A DNA stretch of 64,000 bases from the IMG/VR virus record IMGVR_UViG_3300022745_000023, positions 1 to 64,000 of that record; one strand, given 5' to 3'. The position numbers were made by a program, and so were the translations under genes. The notes under the pieces are model-generated. The model did no database searches. It saw only the letters and a list, made by a program, of their open reading frames with translations, and was not told the origin of the DNA. This document shows positions 34,120 through 43,962 of the stretch, piece after piece (position 1 is the stretch's first letter; the number at the start of each line of letters is the position of its first letter). The stretch comes from a virus.

Positions 34120-37100
34120 CCCCAAAATCCGCATTTCCGCTGATGTATCGGCAGTCGAGGCCGCGCTTAAGAAGGTGAATGATGCTGCGCGGCAGGTAAA
34201 CCAAACGCTCCTTGATGCTGGCCCCGGCGCAGCACAGGCGGGCATGGAAGAACTTGGCAGCTCGGCATCCGAACTGGTCGATTCGCTCGATGATGTGAAG
34301 GAATCCGGGGAAGCGGTCAGCAAGATCGACTTCGGTGCGGTGGCGAAGGCTTTGGCTAACGCTGAAAAGGTCGCCGCCGCGCTCGAAAAGGCGTTGAAGT
34401 CGATTGGTAAGACCACGGCGATTCCCGCTGCGGTGAAGGATGCCAAGGCCCTTTCTGACGGGCTGGAACGCGCGGCCAAAGCGCAACGTCTTTTGGCACA
34501 AGATGGTGTCCATCTTTCTCGCCAGCAATCGGAAGAAGCAAAGCGCCAGTTTGACCGCTGGCGCACCTCTGGCGCGCGCGGCACTTCGCGCCTGCGCGGG
34601 CAGGAATTTGACGACTGGCTCTCCGGGGGCTGGCGCAATTATTCGATGAACGAATCCGAGGCCCGCCGCCAGCGCGCCCGCGTGCTGCAATCCATCGGCG
34701 TGAATATGCCGGGTGGGGGTGGTGGATCTGGCGGCAGTGGGGCTGGTGGTGGGATGTCTGCTGGCCGTGGCCGCTGGGGTGCGATTGCTGGGGCTGTCGG
34801 CGGCGCCATGGGGTCGATGCTCCAAGGTGGCGATGGCGGGATGCTGTCGGCGGCGGGGGGCGGCCTTGGCTCTTTGATCGGGGCTGGCGCTGGCGCGGTG
34901 TTCGGTGGCCCTGTGGGCGCTGCTGTCGGCCTTTTTGCGGGCAAGCTGCTGGGTGGCGCAGGATCGGCACTCGATGCCGCTGTGGGCCGCGTTGTTGAGC
35001 AAAACTCCGGCCTGACTGACCTTCGTCATTCGCTCGGCGCAACTGTCACCGATTTCGACACGCTGCGCGAATCGCTGATGTATTTCACCGACAAGCTGGG
35101 CGTGACCGGGCAAGAATCAGTCCGTCTGGCGCAGGCTTTTTCGAGCGCGGCTGGCAAGACCATCGCCGCCGCCGATTTGAGCAAAAGTGTCGGTGGCAGT
35201 GTCGCATTTGCGCGTGGCTACGGCTTGGACCCGGCGCTTGCCACTCAATTTTTTGGCTCGATGCGCCATTTCGGCGTGTCGAATAATGCCGAAGGCGACA
35301 AGCGCCTTGCGCTGTTGATTGGCGAGGCTATCGGCAAAAGCGGCATGAATGCCAAGATGGGCGACTTCATGACGGCGCTGCAATCCTATGTCGAAACGCA
35401 GAGCCGGACTTCCCTGACGCAGGCCAATACCTCGGCCTATGCCTCGTTCATGTCGTCGATGACGGGCCTGAATTTGACCGGCCTCAAGGGCGATCCTCAA
35501 ACGGCCATGTCGGCTATGGGGGCTGCGGACGCGGCGCTTCGGCAAGGCGGTGCATTCGGTGAAGCATCAAAGATGTTCACGCTGGGCATGTACCAGCGAA
35601 TGCTCCCCGGCTTTAACGTGTTCGGCATGGGCTTCCTGAACGATCAGGGCGCGTTTGGCACGGTGGGGCGGGCTTTTGGTGATGAATCCCCGGCTATGGC
35701 TATGGCGCGCGCTATGGGGGACCGCCGCACGCAAGCGCAACTCAAGCGTTGGGCTGGGGCCGGTGGTTCTGGCCAGTCGATGCTCGCATTGCAGATGCGC
35801 TCTCTTGAAAGCCGCTATGGCTCTGGCGGCGCGTTGGTGCTGAATCAGGCGATTCAGGGCCACTTAGGGGTCAACGCCGATCAGGCGGCGGCTCTCTATA
35901 CCGCATACAAGTCCGACAAGGGGCTGGGCGGGCTGTCCAAGACGCTTGGCGCTGCGGGCATCGACATTGGCAAGGTCGATGCGGGCCGGGTGGCCGCGCT
36001 GGCGCAAGTGGCTGGGATGGATCGTGCCGGCATTCGCGGTGAAGCATCCCGCCTGCTCAACTCTGGCCAACTCAACGAGGGTGAGCGCGGCAAGCTGAAC
36101 GCGGCATTGCAGGCTGGAAAGGATGACGATCTAAAAAAGATGGTCCTCAACCTGACTGCCCTGCACGATACGACGCGCGACTCCGGGCAGGCCATGCGTG
36201 AACAGCAAGCGAATATGGCCCGCTATCTTGAACAGATTGTGACCGTTGGCATTCCCTATATTCAAATGATTAAGGAAGGCATCACGGCGCTTGCACAGAA
36301 AATAGCGCCAGATTCAAATTTTGCCAAGAATGCAGCGCGTGAAGAAAATCTTATTAAGGCAAAAATTGCTGATACTTCTTTGCAAAAAGATTTTGACAAT
36401 ATTCAGGCCATGCCTGATGGGGCGGCGAAGAGTGCAGAAATTAATCGATACAACTACAATCTTGGATTGCGGCAAAAAATGCCGGATGCAGCCCCATCTT
36501 CTTTGCAAATGCTTGATAAGAATGGCAACACTTTTACGATAAGGGATGGTGGATCAAGCAAGGGCGCGCTTTTTAATGACTATGAATGGTTCAAGAGTAA
36601 GGGCGTGCCTGACCACATTGCCAAGGCTGTTGCTGCGGGCATCTATGCGGAAGGCGGCGGCCTAGGCTATGCCAGAAATGGTGCATTTGGGATTGGCCAA
36701 TTGCGCGGAGATCGATTGCAGCGCGCATTTGCTCGTTATGGCAAAGACCCGACGCGGGATAAGCTGACGCGCGATGAACAACGAGAATATATACTGTGGG
36801 AACTGCAAGGCGGTGATCCCGGTGGTGCCTCGGTCATGTCCTCTCGTAACGAGGAAGAGGCGGTTTCCAATTATGTCGGGCAAACCAATCCTGACGGGAA
36901 AACGGGCTGGGGGTTCATGCGCCCAGCGGCGGGGCGTGAGCGCAAAGGTGATCTGAATCGCGCAACGGAAGCTCTTATCTCTCTTAGGAAGTCGCCTAGT
37001 CAGGAAGCCTTTGAAAAGGCGCATAGCCATACGTCGCAAGACGGCAAGATTCCCAAAGCACACCGACCGCTCATGCTGCAACCGGGCGCAGAAGCGTATA

Positions 37101-37234
37101 CCGGAGCGTGGCCGGCTTCGCATCAGGTGGTTGAGCATCGCGTTACCGTCCTCGACGCGAACGGCACGCCGCATTACAACTCCACGACGCAAACGCGAAT
37201 CGGCCATCCGGTTCCTGCTGGGGTGTCGCACTGA
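34112..37234 (+). CDS. Tape measure protein with C-terminal phage-tail-lysozyme domain
   Basis: 1040 aa A/G-rich; GIYAEGG..GAFGIGQ..Q..YILWEL. Confidence 0.88.
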   Translation: MVDPKIRISADVSAVEAALKKVNDAARQVNQTLLDAGPGAAQAGMEELGSSASELVDSLDDVKESGEAVSKIDFGAVAKALANAEKVAAALEKALKSIGKTTAIPAAVKDAKALSDGLERAAKAQRLLAQDGVHLSRQQSEEAKRQFDRWRTSGARGTSRLRGQEFDDWLSGGWRNYSMNESEARRQRARVLQSIGVNMPGGGGGSGGSGAGGGMSAGRGRWGAIAGAVGGAMGSMLQGGDGGMLSAAGGGLGSLIGAGAGAVFGGPVGAAVGLFAGKLLGGAGSALDAAVGRVVEQNSGLTDLRHSLGATVTDFDTLRESLMYFTDKLGVTGQESVRLAQAFSSAAGKTIAAADLSKSVGGSVAFARGYGLDPALATQFFGSMRHFGVSNNAEGDKRLALLIGEAIGKSGMNAKMGDFMTALQSYVETQSRTSLTQANTSAYASFMSSMTGLNLTGLKGDPQTAMSAMGAADAALRQGGAFGEASKMFTLGMYQRMLPGFNVFGMGFLNDQGAFGTVGRAFGDESPAMAMARAMGDRRTQAQLKRWAGAGGSGQSMLALQMRSLESRYGSGGALVLNQAIQGHLGVNADQAAALYTAYKSDKGLGGLSKTLGAAGIDIGKVDAGRVAALAQVAGMDRAGIRGEASRLLNSGQLNEGERGKLNAALQAGKDDDLKKMVLNLTALHDTTRDSGQAMREQQANMARYLEQIVTVGIPYIQMIKEGITALAQKIAPDSNFAKNAAREENLIKAKIADTSLQKDFDNIQAMPDGAAKSAEINRYNYNLGLRQKMPDAAPSSLQMLDKNGNTFTIRDGGSSKGALFNDYEWFKSKGVPDHIAKAVAAGIYAEGGGLGYARNGAFGIGQLRGDRLQRAFARYGKDPTRDKLTRDEQREYILWELQGGDPGGASVMSSRNEEEAVSNYVGQTNPDGKTGWGFMRPAAGRERKGDLNRATEALISLRKSPSQEAFEKAHSHTSQDGKIPKAHRPLMLQPGAEAYTGAWPASHQVVEHRVTVLDANGTPHYNSTTQTRIGHPVPAGVSH

Positions 37235-38706
37235 TGAAGGTCTTTCAGCCGCAAGTTTCGGTCAAGCTGGTGAAGGCTATCCGGCGCGACAAAAGTGGCG
37301 GCATTGTGCCGGGAACGGCGGTGGCCTCGCGCTACCAAAATCTGGCATCCATCGACCTCACTAATTTCTTGGGAGACAACGGCAGCGTTCAGACTTCAAA
37401 GTCCGTGCGCGAACCGGCTGGCGGCTTCACGATCACATTGGCCGATAAGCGGCATCCCCAAATGCTCGACACGCTGTACGCGCTGATTGAGCCTATGGAT
37501 ATGGTTGAAATTCGGTTTTGCCGTGACCCGTCCTCCTACAAGCAACCGGACCTTTGGCCACCGATCATCATGCGCGGGCTGGTGACAACCGTTTCGCGTT
37601 CGGAAGCAATTCCGGGTGGGCGCCCGACCCGCTCTATCACGATTGCGGGGCAGGACTTTGGCAAGATCCTGCAAACCATCCAGATTTACTATCTCTACAA
37701 CTCGGTGGTTGGCGATAACGTGCTGCACGAGTTCGCCTTTTTCCAGAAATATGCCTCGGCCAGTTCGGCCAAGATCAAATCGGCCAATGAGTTTGTGACC
37801 GAAGTGGTGTCGAACGTCATCAACCCTTACCTATCGCGCCTGACTGCGCTGGCGGATGGGAGCGCGGTATCTGCGAAGGTCATCAATGCGTGGACGCCGG
37901 TTGTCTCGATTGCCGGCGCGCTGACGCCGGATGCGGTCTGTTCGATGAACAACATCTCGCTGCACTCTTTCCTGTCCACCCTGCTTGATGTGGGGCCGTT
38001 CAACGAATTGTTTGTCGAAGATGCTACCGATGGCATCAACTTGGTAGTGCGCCCGGCCCCGTTTATGGACGTTGCCGGGAACCTCATCCAAGGCGAAATG
38101 CCTGCGGTCAATTCGATCACGGACAAGGAAGCCCTGTCGCTGTCGCTCTCGCGTTCTGACCAAGGCGTTGCCAACTATTTCTGGGTTTCAAACTCGCGCT
38201 TTGCCTTCATGGGCAATGAGGACCAGAAAGCGTGGGCATCGACTGGCTCCCCGGATTCGTATCTCAAGTTCGACTATCTCAATTCGCAAAGCGCCTATTA
38301 CGGGTTCCGCAAAATGGAGGTCGAATCGGTTTTGGTTGATCCGGGCTATGGGAGCATAGACGCCCAAACCAAGGATCAACTTCCTGCCCAGAACAGTAAA
38401 ATGACCGATTGGTTGTCGGAGCGGCGGCGCATTTTGGCCGAATCCAACAAGGACAACGTGATCTTCGAGTTTGGGCAAATGCAGGTGCGCGGCGATGAGC
38501 GCATCAAGGCCGGAACCTACCTGCGCTTGAACCGTGCAAACGGGGTCACTTCGCAGTTCTATGTGCCGCAAGTGAATCATAGCTACACGCCGTTCCAAGG
38601 CTTCTTGACCAACCTGACGCTGGAACGCGGAACTTCCTTCATTGAGCGCGCGAAAGCTGGTAATCCGCAATACCTGCTTGAGGTAAATGCGAAGGGGATT
38701 TCTTGA
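37234..38706 (+). CDS. Baseplate hub protein
   Basis: Follows the TMP; GDERIKAG..V.H..T...LERG. Confidence 0.75.
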   Translation: MKVFQPQVSVKLVKAIRRDKSGGIVPGTAVASRYQNLASIDLTNFLGDNGSVQTSKSVREPAGGFTITLADKRHPQMLDTLYALIEPMDMVEIRFCRDPSSYKQPDLWPPIIMRGLVTTVSRSEAIPGGRPTRSITIAGQDFGKILQTIQIYYLYNSVVGDNVLHEFAFFQKYASASSAKIKSANEFVTEVVSNVINPYLSRLTALADGSAVSAKVINAWTPVVSIAGALTPDAVCSMNNISLHSFLSTLLDVGPFNELFVEDATDGINLVVRPAPFMDVAGNLIQGEMPAVNSITDKEALSLSLSRSDQGVANYFWVSNSRFAFMGNEDQKAWASTGSPDSYLKFDYLNSQSAYYGFRKMEVESVLVDPGYGSIDAQTKDQLPAQNSKMTDWLSERRRILAESNKDNVIFEFGQMQVRGDERIKAGTYLRLNRANGVTSQFYVPQVNHSYTPFQGFLTNLTLERGTSFIERAKAGNPQYLLEVNAKGIS

Positions 38707-39431
38707 TGCTGAAAATGGCGCGCGTCGTCGGCGTCCATCCTGAATCGCATTCGGTCGATGTGGTCATCATGGATGACGGTCGCCGGCATTCTGGCGTCAA
38801 GGTGCTTTGTGAGATGGCGGCTGGCGATTTCGGTTCATCTGGCCTTGCTGATCCGACCAATACCGGGTTCGACGCGCAAAATTCCGGCGAGCGCGATATT
38901 TACGCGGCGGTGGCGTGGATGGGGTATACGCCGGTTGTGCTTGGGTTCGTTCCCCCTAGCGTCTCGCAAATGATGTTCCCTGAAAAGAGCCGGCGCATCC
39001 ATCGGTTCCCGTCTGATGTTTACCTTTCGGTCGATCCCGATGGCAATGCCGAACTGTTCCACCCATCGGGGGCCTATGTTCGCATCGGGACCGATTCCGC
39101 GCATGAGGATCTGTCTGGGAAGGATTACAACAAGATTTGGGCCATCAAGCGCAACACGGACAAGGCGGTCCATATCCATATCGCGCAGGCGGGCGGGGCG
39201 GCCACGCTCAACATCGCGCCTGACGGCTCGATTGCGATTCACTCGGCGGCAACGCTGGCCATTGATGCGGCGAATGGGACTTCGATCACAACGCCGACCT
39301 TGACGCTCAATGGGAACCTGCAACTTAACGGCGGGGCCACGGTGACCGATGATGTGGTGGCCAATGGCATTAGCTTGGTCAATCATGACCATACCGACCC
39401 GCAAGGCGGAAAGACCGGCAAGCCGAGTTGA
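38703..39431 (+). CDS. Baseplate spike (gpV-like)
   Basis: OB-fold N-terminus, beta-helix, C-terminal HxH (NHDH). Confidence 0.85.
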   Translation: MMLKMARVVGVHPESHSVDVVIMDDGRRHSGVKVLCEMAAGDFGSSGLADPTNTGFDAQNSGERDIYAAVAWMGYTPVVLGFVPPSVSQMMFPEKSRRIHRFPSDVYLSVDPDGNAELFHPSGAYVRIGTDSAHEDLSGKDYNKIWAIKRNTDKAVHIHIAQAGGAATLNIAPDGSIAIHSAATLAIDAANGTSITTPTLTLNGNLQLNGGATVTDDVVANGISLVNHDHTDPQGGKTGKPS

Positions 39432-39440
39432 TTAAGGCTG

Positions 39441-39463
39441 GTCGTGACTGCAATGTGCCGTCA
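39441..39463 (+). promoter_or_regulatory. Late promoter; +1 on the ATG
   Basis: GTCGTGAC-TGC-A-ATG-T, 22 nt before ATG 39463. Confidence 0.8.
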
Positions 39464-40626
39464 TGGCACCTCCTTCCCAAAAAGGCGACGTTCGCCCGAT
39501 TAGCTTTGTCCTGCATGACATGGCGCGCGGCACCGCGCCGGTCGAGGTTCCGCTTGTCATTCGCCCGGAGGATTTGACCCGCACCGATACGTCTCGGCTT
39601 TCTGTCGTGCAAACGCTGGGTGGCGCTTGGGCTGACAGCTTCGGCCCCGGCATCCCCATGATCCAAATTGCCGGTCATACGGGTTGGGGGGCTGGCGACC
39701 GGCCCGATGGGCTGGCCGAGTTTCAAAAGCTGTATTCAACGGTATTCGATCAATGGCACAAGCTGCGCGCCAAGGCGGTGGAAGCCGGCCATGATCCTGA
39801 CAAGGTTCGCCTGATTTTTGCGGATGCGCTGGACGACTTCACTTGGGTTGTGGCTCCGCAAAACTTCATCCTCAAGCGCAATCGCTCGCGCCCCTTGCTG
39901 GCGCAATATCAAATCAACCTGTCGTTTATCTCGGACGATGTGGCTGAAACGAAGCAAGCCCTTGCGGCGCTCAAGGCGGCGAAATCGAACGCGCTGTCGG
40001 TGTCCGTGAAGCAAACGGCTCTCGAATCGCTGGCTGCATCGATCAAGAAAATCACAAGCGCAATCAACGCGAAAATCTCTAACTTCCTTGGGCCGCTGAA
40101 AAATGGTGTGGCTTCCTTGATGAAGCTGACAAGCACCGCTTTGAAGGCGGTCAACTCCATCCTGACTTCGGTGACAAGCGTTGCTCGAACTGTTGCTAAT
40201 GCCGTTATTGGCATAGCGACTGGCTTGGCGCGCGTGGCGGCAAATGTCTCGCAAATGGTGCATTCGATCATCGCTCTGCCCATGGCGATCAAAGCGCAGT
40301 TCATGCGCGTTGCCTCGGCGTTCGAGAATGTGTTCTGCATCCTGTCGAACATTTTTTCGCCGCGCAAGATGCTGCCGAATTATTCGGACCTCTATGGTGC
40401 CTCGCTCTGCTCGTCCACCAGCGGGGGAAGCGCTATTTCGCCCTACGACACGACCAATCCATTCCCTGATCTGGTGCCGTTGAGCAAGCCGCCTGTGTCG
40501 GTGTCGAGCGATGCAAGCGCTTCTCTCTCCAAGCTGGCGCAAGCCGATCCCGCGCTGGCCCCTATGTCGTCCACTGAACTTTCGGCGCACCTCGACGCGG
40601 TGAATAAGGGAGTCGTTTTGGCGTGA
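39463..40626 (+). CDS. Tail tube initiator-like baseplate protein
   Basis: QTLGGAWADSFG..I.IAG.TG; helical C-terminus. Confidence 0.65.
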   Translation: MAPPSQKGDVRPISFVLHDMARGTAPVEVPLVIRPEDLTRTDTSRLSVVQTLGGAWADSFGPGIPMIQIAGHTGWGAGDRPDGLAEFQKLYSTVFDQWHKLRAKAVEAGHDPDKVRLIFADALDDFTWVVAPQNFILKRNRSRPLLAQYQINLSFISDDVAETKQALAALKAAKSNALSVSVKQTALESLAASIKKITSAINAKISNFLGPLKNGVASLMKLTSTALKAVNSILTSVTSVARTVANAVIGIATGLARVAANVSQMVHSIIALPMAIKAQFMRVASAFENVFCILSNIFSPRKMLPNYSDLYGASLCSSTSGGSAISPYDTTNPFPDLVPLSKPPVSVSSDASASLSKLAQADPALAPMSSTELSAHLDAVNKGVVLA

Positions 40627-41222
40627 ACGAGGACTATGCCCCTAACGTCCGGTATGCCGAGGTCGCCTATGGCGATGACTTGCGCGCGATTGCGCTGCGC
40701 GAGTTGGGGGATGCGTCTTACTGGCTTGACCTGATCGTCCTCAATGGCCTGCGCCCACCGTATATTGCCGCCTCGGCATCCAGCGGCGTTCTGGCCTATG
40801 GCGACCAAATTGCCATCCCGTCGCCTTCCTCGCTCGTCTCTGCTGACACCGATCCCGCATATGTCTATGGGGCAGACCTGTTGGTTCAAAACCGCCGCCT
40901 CGTTGTTGATGGTGGCGATCTGATGCTTGTCTCCGGCGTTGCTAATCTGACGCAAGCCCTCTCGCATCACATCATCACCGAAAAGCAAGAACTGGCTTTT
41001 CATCCCGAGTTCGGCTGCTGGGTGCGGTCAATGATTGGCAATGGAAATAGCCCTTCATCTTCTCAACTCGCAGCGTTCTATGTCAAATCGGCCCTGCTGG
41101 AAGATGAGCGTGTGGATACTGTTCCGTATTGCTCCGCTGTTGTTCTGGGCGATCAAATCAAAGTCAACGCGACCGTAGTTCCGATCACCGGAAAGCCTCT
41201 CGACCTGCAATTGGTGGTGTGA
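40623..41222 (+). CDS. LysM/gpX plus gp25/gpW-like baseplate protein
   Basis: GDDLRAIALRELGD..W..L..LN; HPEFG, LLEDERV. Confidence 0.8.
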   Translation: MNEDYAPNVRYAEVAYGDDLRAIALRELGDASYWLDLIVLNGLRPPYIAASASSGVLAYGDQIAIPSPSSLVSADTDPAYVYGADLLVQNRRLVVDGGDLMLVSGVANLTQALSHHIITEKQELAFHPEFGCWVRSMIGNGNSPSSSQLAAFYVKSALLEDERVDTVPYCSAVVLGDQIKVNATVVPITGKPLDLQLVV

Positions 41223-41223
41223 A

Positions 41224-42327
41224 ATGTTCCAGCTTAAAGATTTCGCCTCAATCACCGCTTCGATGATTAACCGGGCGAAAGCAACCCAGAAGAAAGTGAC
41301 CGATTTCAATGTCGGCTCGGTCGTTCGCACCATTCTGGAATCGTCGGCCATTGAAATTGAAGAACTGTATCAGCGCATGTTTGCCGGGATCATGGATGCG
41401 ATCCCGGTGGCGATCTACCGGGGTTTCAACTTCGCCATCTTGGAACCGACGAAAGCGCGCGGCGTTGTCGTGGTCAACTTCGCTGGTCCGATTGTCGATC
41501 CGTTCACGGTCCCTGCGGGAACGATCTTTACCGCGCCGGGCACGGGCCTGCGCTATTTGTCGGAAGCCGCAACCACCGCGATTGTCGGCTCGACGTCGCT
41601 GTCCATGATCGTTGACGCAGCAGACACCGGCTCGATCTACAACACCGATGCGAACACGATCACCACGGTGTCCGGGTTTTCGTTTCCAATCGGCGCGGTC
41701 ATCGGAAATACGCCGATCACGTCGGGCTCGGACGGTGAAACCGAAGCCGAGCGCATGTCGCGCTTTGCGGCCTACATTCAGTCGATTGCGCGCGGGACGG
41801 TGCCGTCTGTGGAGTATGCCGCTTCCACCGCCGTGGTCCGCGACCCGGCGGGCAGTGTGGTCGAGTACGTATCGCGCGTGGCGTCCTCCGAAGTTCCGGG
41901 CCGCATCGACGTCTACATCTATGGCTCGGGCGGTATCGCCAGCAGCGCCCTGATCGCGGATGCGCAAAGAATTATCGACGGCTATTTTGACTCCGTTCAG
42001 CAGGCGTTCGTGCCGGGCTATCGGCCTGCCGGGGTGGATGCGCTGGTTTCTCCAATGTTCGAAGAACCCTACAACCTGACGGTCACAGTCGCGCTGGTGA
42101 CGGGCTATTCGTTTACCACCGACCTGAAAAACGCCGTCATCACGGCGGTGGATGGAGTGATCAACAGCGTGGTGGCTGGCAAAACCTTGTATGTGGAGGA
42201 CTTGTCTGCGGCGGTTCTGTCTGTCCCCGGAATCCGTTCTGTCCGCCTGAGCGCGACGGAGAATCACTTGTGCCCGGCCAATGTCGTCCTTACTCCGGGG
42301 ACGATCTTGGTCCAGCTTGAGGTGTGA
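41224..42327 (+). CDS. Baseplate J-like wedge protein
   Basis: DFNVGSVVRT, GSDGETEAER..R, RGT. Confidence 0.9.
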   Translation: MFQLKDFASITASMINRAKATQKKVTDFNVGSVVRTILESSAIEIEELYQRMFAGIMDAIPVAIYRGFNFAILEPTKARGVVVVNFAGPIVDPFTVPAGTIFTAPGTGLRYLSEAATTAIVGSTSLSMIVDAADTGSIYNTDANTITTVSGFSFPIGAVIGNTPITSGSDGETEAERMSRFAAYIQSIARGTVPSVEYAASTAVVRDPAGSVVEYVSRVASSEVPGRIDVYIYGSGGIASSALIADAQRIIDGYFDSVQQAFVPGYRPAGVDALVSPMFEEPYNLTVTVALVTGYSFTTDLKNAVITAVDGVINSVVAGKTLYVEDLSAAVLSVPGIRSVRLSATENHLCPANVVLTPGTILVQLEV

Positions 42328-42330
42328 TCG

Positions 42331-43455
42331 ATGCTCGATGTTCGGGAGCGCCTTGCGAGTCACCTCTACCGAAGCGGACTGGACACCGATTCGGATAGCG
42401 TTCCCGCGCTGGGAATCGATTTCAACAACGTTTTGTGGTGGAAAGACACCACTCTTAATTGGTCCGTCGATGGCCGCAGCCTGACGCTTTATCCGGGGGC
42501 GACGTTTGAGCGGGTCTATCCGCTCACCGGCACGCTCGGTGAACTGGCGGCGCAACTCACCGCAGACGGGTTCGATGTTTTGTCGCTGAATCCCGACCTT
42601 GTGAACTTGTCTGCGGGGATTCTGCTCAATCCTGATCGCAACAAAAAGCAGCCCGCTGGTCGCCCGATCCACGCCTTCCAGTCGGACTTGTGGGCGCTTT
42701 TGGATGCCTATGGCGTGGAGATCACCGACGCCGAGGTAAACGTCGAGCAGGCGATCCAGCAGTTGTATCTGCAAACCGCCGAGAGCGACATTCTCGATTT
42801 CTGGGGCGAGTTCTTTGCCGTCACGCGCAAAAACGGCGAAGTTGATGACAACTATCGCGCACGGATGATTGCCGAGGTCTTTCAGCCTCGCTCGAACGCG
42901 ATTGCGATCCAGAACGCAATTAAATCGCAGACCGGGTTCGACGTGACGATCCGCGAGCCGTGGCGCGAGTTGTTCCTACTCAATCAATCGGCGCTGTCGG
43001 ATCAGGACCATTTTCAGGACGGTTCGTTCTTCACGTGGAACGTGCTGCAGCCCATTTACCATTCAAGCCTTTCGGTTGCTGAGCGCGCAGCGGTCATCGA
43101 CATCATCAACCGCAATCGACCGGCTGGCTGCGTTCTGCTGGGTGAGCTTGCGCAGCCGCCTGCATCGTTTGCCTCGACTCACTTTGGGGTTGGCTTGCTG
43201 TCGAGCATCACCGCCCACTATTACATCGGCTGGCTGCATTTCGAGCCGGGCGTGGTCAGTTCGTCGCTGGCGCTTTCGGACTACTCCCCGGACGTTGCGG
43301 CTCCGTTTGTCTGGACGCAACAGGGCAACCTTGAGTTTATTTTTGGCTCTGCTCCGCTGGGCCTGTTTGTGCCATATAGCTGGTCCGGTGGTTGGGATGA
43401 CAGGACTTGGAACAAGGGTTTTGTTTCGACGGTCGTGACACAACAATCGGTCTAG
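42331..43455 (+). CDS. Baseplate wedge (gpI-like)
   Basis: LDFWGEFF..R..GE.DD.YRAR, RPAG. Confidence 0.8.
   Translation: MLDVRERLASHLYRSGLDTDSDSVPALGIDFNNVLWWKDTTLNWSVDGRSLTLYPGATFERVYPLTGTLGELAAQLTADGFDVLSLNPDLVNLSAGILLNPDRNKKQPAGRPIHAFQSDLWALLDAYGVEITDAEVNVEQAIQQLYLQTAESDILDFWGEFFAVTRKNGEVDDNYRARMIAEVFQPRSNAIAIQNAIKSQTGFDVTIREPWRELFLLNQSALSDQDHFQDGSFFTWNVLQPIYHSSLSVAERAAVIDIINRNRPAGCVLLGELAQPPASFASTHFGVGLLSSITAHYYIGWLHFEPGVVSSSLALSDYSPDVAAPFVWTQQGNLEFIFGSAPLGLFVPYSWSGGWDDRTWNKGFVSTVVTQQSV
43432..43454 (+). promoter_or_regulatory. Late promoter
   Basis: GTCGTGAC-ACA-A-CAA-T, A at +22. Confidence 0.72.
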
Positions 43456-43472
43456 TCTGAGCGAGGTTTTCT

Positions 43473-43955
43473 ATGTCGATCTTTGTGCAATCTGCTTCGG
43501 CTGCTGTCGCTCAGGCGATCAAGACCGCTGGCGTCTGGGTGGCTTGGGGCAATGGCTCCACCTCGTGGGATTCGGCTCCTGTGGAAGCGCCCACGACGGC
43601 CACCGCGCTGGTTGCCGAGTCGGGTCGCCGCCGGGCTTCGCTCATTCAGTTTGTGCAGTCTGATCCGGCGGGCTCAATCATCGTTCCGCAGGGCTCTTTT
43701 TCCGTTTCTTCCGTACCGACGTCGACGCTCTACGTTCGCTGCAATTTTGCGAACACCGATGCCGTTGGTCAGGCCATCCGCGAGGGGGGCGTATTCATCG
43801 GCACGACGCTCCAACCGTCTGTTCCGGTTGGTCAGGACTATTTCGCCCCCAGCGACCTGCTGGACCCCGGTGTGATGTTGTTGTTGGAGCGGTTCGCGAA
43901 GATCACGCGGACGGCTGATTTCAGCGTCTCTCTCGAATTTGTCATGACTCTGTGA
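43473..43955 (+). CDS. Baseplate/fibre-attachment protein (P1-like)
   Basis: AWGNG...W, IREGGVF. Confidence 0.7.
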   Translation: MSIFVQSASAAVAQAIKTAGVWVAWGNGSTSWDSAPVEAPTTATALVAESGRRRASLIQFVQSDPAGSIIVPQGSFSVSSVPTSTLYVRCNFANTDAVGQAIREGGVFIGTTLQPSVPVGQDYFAPSDLLDPGVMLLLERFAKITRTADFSVSLEFVMTL

Positions 43956-43962
43956 GGCCCTG

